Made by a program: the position numbers and the translations under genes. From Tubiluchus corallicola (lineage: Eukaryota; Animalia; Priapulida), in the NCBI GenBank assembly GCA_030141605.1, contig JAQGDQ010001026.1, positions 5,273 to 69,272 of the forward strand: a stretch of DNA of 64,000 nucleotides, read 5' to 3'. Below the pieces are notes generated by a model, which saw nothing but the letters and a program-made list of their open reading frames with translations, had not been told where the DNA came from and searched no databases. Below are positions 39,201 to 64,000 of the stretch, in pieces. The stretch's first letter is position 1; each line of letters starts with the position of its first letter.

Positions 39201-39641
39201 TCCTTCGTGTCAATGAGTTCGTCGATTCGTTCGTGTCAATGAGTTCATTAATTCCTTCGTGTCAATGAGTTCGTTAATTCCTTCGTGTCAATGAGTTCGT
39301 TGATTCCTTTGTGTCAATGAGTTCGTTGATTCCTTCATGTCAATGAGTTCGTTGATTTCTTCGTGTGTTACTAAAAGCGTTTTGTCTTCTGTGCAGGTAT
39401 AAAGAAAACAAAAGCAAAATGGAAGTCCGAATCCACAAAACAGACGGACTTGGAGGCAGTGACCGCAAAGTTTATCGGCTTTGATGAGACGTCGTCTGAA
39501 GAGAGCAGCGACTACGAGGGTATTCCGGGAGAAAAGTTATTCGTGGACGACCTGACGGCCGGGCTGCCCAACTGGCTGGATCGTCTTTTTGAAGGTTCCG
39601 TTCAGCGCTATCCACTGGATTATTGGCCAAAAATGGAGTAA
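17971..39641 (+). CDS. DNAJC16: DnaJ homolog subfamily C member 16 (ERdj8). Exons 17971-18122, 18973-19039, 21856-22064, 22890-23023, 24399-25218, 26436-26578, 28877-29024, 30815-30892, 33555-33713, 35794-35987, 39397-39641
   Basis: Signal peptide [20 protein letters not shown]; J-domain with WHPDKN; thioredoxin WCMLC; TM segment in 28877-29024; [12 protein letters not shown] and [16 protein letters not shown]-terminus. All junctions are GT-AG and phase-consistent. Confidence 0.93.
18410..18870 (-). mobile_element. Degenerate CR1/L2-like reverse transcriptase fragment
   Basis: Minus-strand remnants [25 protein letters not shown], interrupted by stops and frameshifts. Confidence 0.55.
19101..19452. 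mobile_element. Tc1/mariner-pogo-type MITE
   Basis: Perfect ~26-bp TIR ccgtatttattcgagtataacgcgca with TA TSD. Confidence 0.85.
19785..20320 (-). mobile_element. 5'-truncated non-LTR retrotransposon (RTE-like RT C-terminus)
   Basis: [52 protein letters not shown]; (GAT)n tail. Confidence 0.8.
22296..22754. mobile_element. hAT-like MITE
   Basis: Ends taggcctgtcac / gttacagcccta; 8-bp TSD ctggccac/ctggtcac. Confidence 0.65.
25316..25825 (-). mobile_element. LINE 3'-UTR-like repeat with (GAATT)n tail; second copy at 31065-31555
   Basis: Two near-identical copies; minus-strand AATAAA followed by a pentanucleotide tail. Confidence 0.6.
25901..26332 (+). mobile_element. hAT MITE family A (more diverged)
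   Basis: TIRs and internal homology to 13575-14073. Confidence 0.8.
26660..27943. repeat. 133-bp satellite, ~10 units, running into the assembly gap
   Basis: The repeated ORFs are spaced 133 bp apart (26969, 27102, 27235, 27368). Confidence 0.95.
27944..28238. other. Assembly gap (N run)
   Basis: Run of n characters. Confidence 1.
29073..29990. mobile_element. Possible Kolobok-like non-autonomous element with duplicated head; internal part is homologous to ~9850-10140
   Basis: TTAA|AGGACAAG head at 29069 and 29436; cttgtcc near 29985. Confidence 0.4.
30214..30584. mobile_element. Solo LTR
   Basis: TGTTGTG...CACAACA termini; 5-bp TSD tgtac; internal TATATAA; second copy at 60701. Confidence 0.8.
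31065..31555 (-). mobile_element. Second copy of the 25316-25825 LINE-tail repeat
   Basis: Direct sequence homology. Confidence 0.6.
31716..32730 (-). mobile_element. LINE-tail-like element with (ATTG)n tail carrying an internal ~92-bp purine-rich minisatellite (~8 units)
   Basis: The same flanks and satellite occur at 55430-56265 and, partially, at 62531-62839. Confidence 0.7.
32789..33541. repeat. 47-bp minisatellite, ~16 units
   Basis: taataattgtgtcattcattatttagtgttagtgtcacagtgtatgg. Confidence 0.95.
33771..35177. repeat. 64-bp minisatellite, ~22 units
   Basis: caaattagccgcagcctgaagaaaaaccgtgctcatttgtcgtacttgatcataccgcagcatc. Confidence 0.95.
35198..35570 (+). mobile_element. LINE-tail-like dispersed repeat; copies at 59963-60340 (+) and ~60530-61160 (-)
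   Basis: Near identity among the copies; (AAT/AAAT)n tail. Confidence 0.6.
36049..36790. repeat. Complex (GT/AT/CA) low-complexity tract
   Basis: Directly visible. Confidence 0.85.
37146..39366. repeat. 26-bp minisatellite, ~85 units
   Basis: gtcaatgagttcgttgattccttcgt. Confidence 0.95.
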
Positions 39642-39780
39642 ACCAAAGAAACCCTGTATATTACTATAATGGTCTAGCAAAAGAAGCAACTAAGTGGTTT
39701 AGAGAAGGCTTGTTTTGTAACGTAGCAAGATGATTAGATCATTCACAAAGTACTTAATCAAACGTTTCGTGGAATTCATA

Positions 39781-40215
39781 CAGAAATGAGAATTTTCCGC
39801 AGATACGTGGAATTTCGAGTTTTTGGAAGACCAGTAGTGCCATTTTTGTAAATCGCGTAAATTCGTTGAGAAAATTTTTACGGACCCAGTGCATTATTTC
39901 ATAAGCTGACCGCTAGTTGGCAGGCCGTCACTTTGTTTACATCACGTACATCATTGTAACCACGTGTGTATATCTATGTATAAAAATGTAGAATCAATTA
40001 TGCGGAGTTATTTGAGTCAATTGCAGACAGTTTTTATATACTTTTGCATAGGAGCGGCCAGTACTTAGGCATTTTTGAGTCAATTAGGTATCATCTATCC
40101 TTGATAGTTGAGTATTTTAAATTATGTATGAAACAAGGTAACTGTTTCCAAAAATGTGGCCCCCAAACCCTTCGCCTGTTTCACAGTTTTTTGCAATTTG
40201 TCATTCTCATCCCCG
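39781..40215. mobile_element. hAT-like MITE in the DNAJC16 3' region
   Basis: Imperfect TIRs cagaaatgagaat / attctcatccccg; perfect 8-bp TSD aattcata. Confidence 0.8.
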
Positions 40216-42271
40216 AATTCATACGATAACAAAATAATTGTAAATTTTGTATAGTAGTCAGTAGTTATGTTTAAAATTATGCACAATGTTAAGTTAAAGT
40301 TATAATAATCATATCATTACTAAAAATCATTTCGATGTCTATTTATGCACTTTTTAGAGTAAAATCCAACAACATTAAACACTTTTAGTTAATGTGTGGT
40401 TTAGTTGCGGGTATACTATAGTATGGCACTAATATTTATTTTATTGTTAAGTTTTCAGCATGGAACTTCAATTTGTATTGCATATTGCAAGAAGTGTTAC
40501 AGTGATTTGCACATTTTATGTAAGTTAAGTGTACATAATTTGCCTAATAAGTACAGAAATTATTCGAGTTTTAAATGTCGTGTCGTTTTAATACACTTTT
40601 GTTGTGTATTGTTAATTTTATATAGGGTTGAAATCACTATAAAATAGTAAATTCTAAAAAAATATTAATACTAGATGCTAATCTAGTAAAAATTTCATTT
40701 ATTCAATGCAAAAGAAATCATTTGAGTTGAAAAAGTTCATTCTGCGACGATTTCTGTGTAAAATGCAATTTTTAGTAGATTCTGTATTAATTTTAATTTC
40801 ATATAAATAAATATAAATGTGACGATTGCTTCATGTATGTAATCATTTGTATATGTATTTTACCTAAATTGTTGCCCCCCCCCCCGTTTAATAATTATAA
40901 GTGTGCAAACAGTTTTAATGTATAGATTTTGTCTTGCCGTAAAAAAAGCCAAAGTACTGCAGGCATTTGCTTAACGTGTGTACTGGACCGAGTTTATATT
41001 TATTGTTAAATTAATGTTAATTATGCTCATATATTGTATATCGAATTTCTTCTCCCCAAAAAATCATTTAATTTCAGTATTTGTGTACATAAGTTCATAT
41101 TTGTATATTATTAAGTGTTGTATTTTATTTCAATAGTTTAATTTTTCTCCTTTTGTTCATCTTTGTTTATCTTGGTGTTTTAAAATACATTTCACAATTG
41201 TTGTGCTGACAGTGTATAAGAATTGAGATGTTTAGTGTTGAGGTTACTGATGCAGATAGTGAAGTGATAGCATTGCAGGTCACTCTGAGTACTCCATGGA
41301 GGTTTTACAATGCCAGAATCTGTGCTATTCTGTTGTATCCCGCATGTCAAATTTGATGGAAATGTAACTTAAACTGCTTTAACTCATTGCTTATGCCGAG
41401 GTTCTGAAATACTACAAGTGTCTTTACTAAATCCTGCCTACATAGTCCTCATTTATAACGCAAAGTCAGCAGCAGCTTTTACTGAATTAAAGTTATAGGC
41501 AGAGTATAATGGATGACGTCAGAACAATGGCTTTGCGTCAGCAGTTTTCTAAGCGAAAATTGCCGAAAAAAGAACATCTAATTAACTCGTCGGCACTCCT
41601 TTTGCTGGACGTGTCCTAAAATCTAGCCCACATCATCGTGTAGCCCCGTTCTTCCTCTTTCTAAAGAGCTATATATCTCCTTCCGAGAGTCCCACCAGGC
41701 GCCGCTAGAACGTTTTTTCCGCAGGCTGTTTGGTCAAAATTTCAAAAAAAATCGCGAGTTGGGTCCGGGAAAACGCCCATTGCGGGATGCCGTGACCTCC
41801 TCGCGAATTCTAAATAGGCCTACTACACCCCCCGCTGAACGGGCTATATATCCATGGCCAGCACCACCCTCGGCCCGTTCCCGTTCTTCAGATCTCAGAT
41901 GTATAACTTTTGCAAAAAATGGCCGAAAAATGGCCACTTTTGGAGGCTTTTCACCCCATCCCGTTCCTCCCGATTCGAAAAATAAACCCCCGATGACACG
42001 ACACTAGATCGAGACCTTTCGTAACATATTTGGGGTGAAGTTTCACCACATTAGTTATCCAAACTATAAAGTACATTGTCTTGCATGTATGTAATGTAAA
42101 AGTAGCTTCTGGTGTTTTTCCGTGTGTTTTTTCACGTGCAGCTTACAGTGCAAAGTAAAGCAAATGATACGGCCCATTTACATCACCTTACGATCATACA
42201 TAGCAATAGTACAATAGCGTTCATTGTTTACCGGATTTACCTAGAGTTCAGGTTCAAGTGGAGATCACAGG

Positions 42272-42664
42272 CAGGGCCTATTTCAGGGGGGAGTGGGGAT
42301 ACTTCCCCGGGGCCTCACTCTCTAGGGGGGCCTCGCACCAAGGTAACATTTTTTGCTTTATGCGATCTCTCTCTCTCTCCCTCTCTCTCTTTTTTTTTTT
42401 TTTTTTCTCTCTCACACTCTCACACTCTCACACTCTCACACTCTCACACTCTCACACTCTCACACTCTCTCACTCTCTCACTCTCTCACTCTCTCACTCT
42501 CTCACTCTCTCACTCTCTCACTCTCTCACTCTCTCACTCTCTCACTCTCTCACTCTCTCACTCTCTCACACTCTCACACTCTCACACTCTCACACTCTCT
42601 CTCACTCTCTCTCTCACTCTCTCACTCTCTCACACTCTCACTCTCTCACTCTCTCACTCTCTCA

Positions 42665-42733
<69 letters not shown>

Positions 42734-43008
42734 ACTCTCTCTCTCACTCTCACTCTCACTCTCACTCTCCACTCACCGCACGCACGCCGTTTGACAGTAT
42801 TGACAAGTATTAAGGACTGGTCTTGAGAATAAAGCAGTTTTTCTTTCAATTGTTCTTTCCTTTAACAACTGTATAACTCCATATTTTCTCTTCGAAAATG
42901 CTTCTCCGGCGTTCTAGCAGTTGGGCGCCAACCATGGTGGCACCCCCCCCCAAGGGGGCCTCACATGCCCCACTTCCCCGGGCCTCGCTTAAGCTGAAAT
43001 AGGCCCTG
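42272..43008. mobile_element. MITE with 8-bp TSD (hAT- or P-like) carrying a compound CT/CTCA microsatellite
   Basis: TIR cagggcctatttcag / ctgaaataggccctg; perfect TSD atcacagg. Confidence 0.85.
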
Positions 43009-43399
43009 ATCACAGGTGCTATTCATGAGAACAAAAATGTACTGTGCTTGTTTGTGGAAGAGTAAAAAGTTCTAGTAATGCATTTAATGTTTCTTGCGTA
43101 GCTTGAGGATGTATGAATGGTTGTTTAATATCATATTTGATATCGTACTCTGCTTTAATTCTAGTCAAACTTTTGCAATGAATCGTTACTGTTGCTTTAC
43201 TACTTTCGTGTTTTTAAGAAAATGGTAATTTAAAAAGTAATATTTATATGATGTGTGATATATTGACGTATTAATATATTAACGCAACAAACGAAGAGCA
43301 AGTATTGTGTAATACACATGGCATACAATAAATAAATTACTATTACCAGATTCTTTAGTTTGGCAGACACATTTGAATTATTTACAATATTTTTAACTA

Positions 43400-43882
43400 C
43401 AGTCAACCTCGGGTATAAGGTACTCGCTTATAAGGGACCACCAACACCAGTCCCGATTTTTCGTAACGTTTTTCCTATGTAAAAATCTTCGTATATAAGA
43501 TACTCGGATATAAGGGACTTTCAGTTACAAGGGACGATAACTTCAGGTCCCGCGTAATAGAAACCCAGGTAAATTACCTCGCATATAAGGGCTTCCTATA
43601 GTCAAAGTGAAATTGGTAGATTTTTAGCCTCAATTTTTCGCAAACTCAGCCTTCGAACAGCTCGGTTTCCACGGTCACTTACATCTCGCATCACTGGAGG
43701 AGCTTCCTACATGCCGTTTGCACTGAATGTGTAGCAATAATCCATAAAAATATGGGTAAAAGTACAGAAAAGTACAGGTCTAGATACACCCTCGGTCTAA
43801 CTCAACTTCGGCTACAATGGACATCAGATATACGGGATGATTTTTCCGGTCCGGAGGTGCCCCTTATATCCGAGGTTGACTG
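43400..43882. mobile_element. pogo/Tigger-type MITE downstream of the CWF19L2 stop
   Basis: TIR cagtcaacctcgg.tataagg / ccttatatccgaggttgactg; TA on the left. Confidence 0.78.
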
Positions 43883-43964
43883 CATATGTACCGTCCATCA
43901 TTAACATTAACATTAATCATTAATCATTATCATTAACATTAAATCAGCCATTAACAACTTGACG

Positions 43965-61901
<17,937 letters not shown>

Positions 61902-62149
61902 CTTAAGCATGAAAAACAAAACAACATAAGATACAACTGCATGTTATGTAATGAAACGTAACATTATCAGAATCATATATATGTATACATATAGGAAAAC
62001 TATAGCAACTACCAGTGGAGTTGTGATGGGCCAATTATTTCTGTTAGGGTAGCAACTTTGTATAAAGGGCAGTTAAAAAAAGAAATAAAGAAGGGAGGAA
62101 AATGAAAAAACCAGAAATTGCAAAGCAAAAGAAATTATTTTCTGTTATT

Positions 62150-62530
62150 TTTAGATTTTTGAATTGGCTGAAAAGTAGAAGTTGAATTTGCCTAAAGAAA
62201 AAAGTTAAATTGAAACAGCCTTAAAGAAAAAAGTAGAAGTTGAAACTACCTTAAAGAAAAAAGTATAAGTTGAAACTGCCTTAAAGAAAAAAGTAGAAGT
62301 TGAAACTGCCTTAAAGAAAAAATAGAAATTGAAACTGCCTTAAAGAAAAAAGTATAAATTGAAAACGCCTTAAAGAAAAAAGTAGAAATTGAGTGCCTTA
62401 AAGAAAAAAGTAGAAATTGGAACTGCCTTAAAGAAAAAAGTAGAAATTGAAAGTGCCTTAAAGAAAAAGTAGAAGTTGAAACTGCCTGAAAGAAAAAGTA
62501 GAAGTTTAAACTGTTTTAAAGAAAAAAGTA
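62150..62530 (-). repeat. Inverted copy of the 30-bp minisatellite with its unique flank
   Basis: tttttgaattggctgaaaagtagaagttgaa is the reverse complement of 59846-59876. Confidence 0.9.
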
Positions 62531-64000
62531 GTAAGATTAGGGATAAGAAGAAGGAAGGGAGGGGAGGATGAGTGAATGAAAGAATGGATAGGGTCAGTAG
62601 ACATGATGTAATGGAAAAAATTGTAAGATTAGGAATAGGAAGAAGGAAGGGAGGGGAGGATGAGTGAATGAAAGAATGGTTAGGGTTAGTAGACATGATG
62701 GAATGAAAAAAATAGTAAGATTAGGGATAAGAAGAAGGAAAAGAGGGGAAGAAACGACCACAGTGTATGTTTAATTTACATAGAGCTACATTAAAATAGC
62801 ATTATAATTGATTGGAGGCCATATATTGCAACTGCATGAGGCATGGAAGCATTAAAATTGTATTATAAGTATGAATCAAAAATGGTCATTTTCAAGTACT
62901 TTCTGAAACTATAAATAGTTTTGTGTATTTTTACTTGGGCACTTATTTTATTCCAGTTGTTGGGGGCTGTGAATTTAATAAAGTGTTTGAACTCAAACTG
63001 ACAATGCGTTTCAAAATAAGCTATGTGAAAAAATTTGCCATAATTAAAAACAGTGTCATAGTGAAGTGTTTGTGTTTATGCGTGACAAAGCATGAAAAAA
63101 TTGTCTATTCGTCTAGTAAAAAAACAAAAATCACAAACACAAGAACTCATAGGTATATTAGTTTACTAATTTCACAAGCAGACGATAGCTTGAAAGCACA
63201 GTTAAATTAGTTTACATTTCCTCTGTTTAAAAAGGCATCTTAACTCAGCGCATTTAAGCTGCCAAATATAGCTCTAGCTCTGGAAGCCATGAAATAGCAC
63301 TTCAAATTCAACAATTGCTGTGCCGGTTCAATTTAGGGCCAAAACAAAAATTCGACCCCAGTTTTACAAGCTTGCTAATCGCTATATAATAGAAAAATGT
63401 GTCATCGGACTTCCATAAGCAAAATTTTTTCACTAGTAATTTTCTCTATATATGTGTGCTTGCGTAGCAAAATCGTGCATAAGGTTCGGCAATTGAAGTT
63501 TTTTCTAGTTATTCACATATCCTGAATCTCCATTTGATGAGGATCATTTTGATACCAAGTTCATCACTCTGTGTTATTTCTAAGCTGAGATAATCCGCAT
63601 TAAAGTTGAGGTGCAGGCTGTGCACTGAAGAACATAATCTTGAGAAAATCACTGTTAAAGTCAGCCATTGTTTTTTGTCGCGTTTCTGCTAAATACTTAA
63701 CAACCGGACAAATGTTGGTTGCTACGGACTTTGCAAAAACACATTGATGTTATTCTTAAATCCAGTAGATGGCTCTTTCTGACAAAAATCTGAGCTTGGC
63801 AAGACAAAAAACCGGAAGCAAAATGACTGCTTCTATGAGCTACTATCAGAGTTTGAAAATACAAGTTTTTACAATTGCTGTACTAAGTTCTAACCAGAGA
63901 AGTGTTATAAAATTAGCTTTTTAGTATTTAGTAACATTTTCTTGATAAATTTTATCCTAGAATATAAAAGTCCAATATATTTAGCATTTGTTTTCATAAA

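Noticed and set aside
41560-42080. GC-rich island, possibly a Helentron-like element or promoter
   Set aside because: Single copy in the window and no clear termini or TSD, so it cannot be classified.

Overview
Repeat-rich, AT-rich eukaryotic (animal) genomic DNA. The C-terminal motifs of DNAJC16 resemble arthropod orthologues as I recall them, so an invertebrate ecdysozoan is my inference. I reconstructed four protein-coding genes by hand from GT-AG junctions and phase continuity: MEPCE/Bin3 (+, ~2763-8923), an intronless Fbs-type lectin F-box gene (-, 14753-15694), DNAJC16/ERdj8 (+, 17971-39641, 11 coding exons) and the 3' part of CWF19L2 (-, 43965->61901, 10 exons seen). The rest is hAT, Tc1/pogo and piggyBac MITEs with TSDs, solo LTRs, LINE fragments, tRNA SINEs, many intronic minisatellites and one N gap. 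Most notable observations: (1) a tripartite 5S-rRNA-headed SINE with an RTE-LINE tail, in two TSD-flanked copies; (2) a second RTE-derived bipartite element, including a 3'-truncated copy with a perfect 16-bp TSD; (3) a 27-bp coding VNTR in MEPCE with a one-base frameshift in one unit; (4) a CWF19L2 exon bracketed by long inverted satellites; (5) triplicated splice donors in CWF19L2; (6) a TIR MITE 83-140 bp after the stop codon of all four genes. No prokaryotic-type system such as CRISPR is present. Family assignments rest on remembered motifs and were not database-checked.
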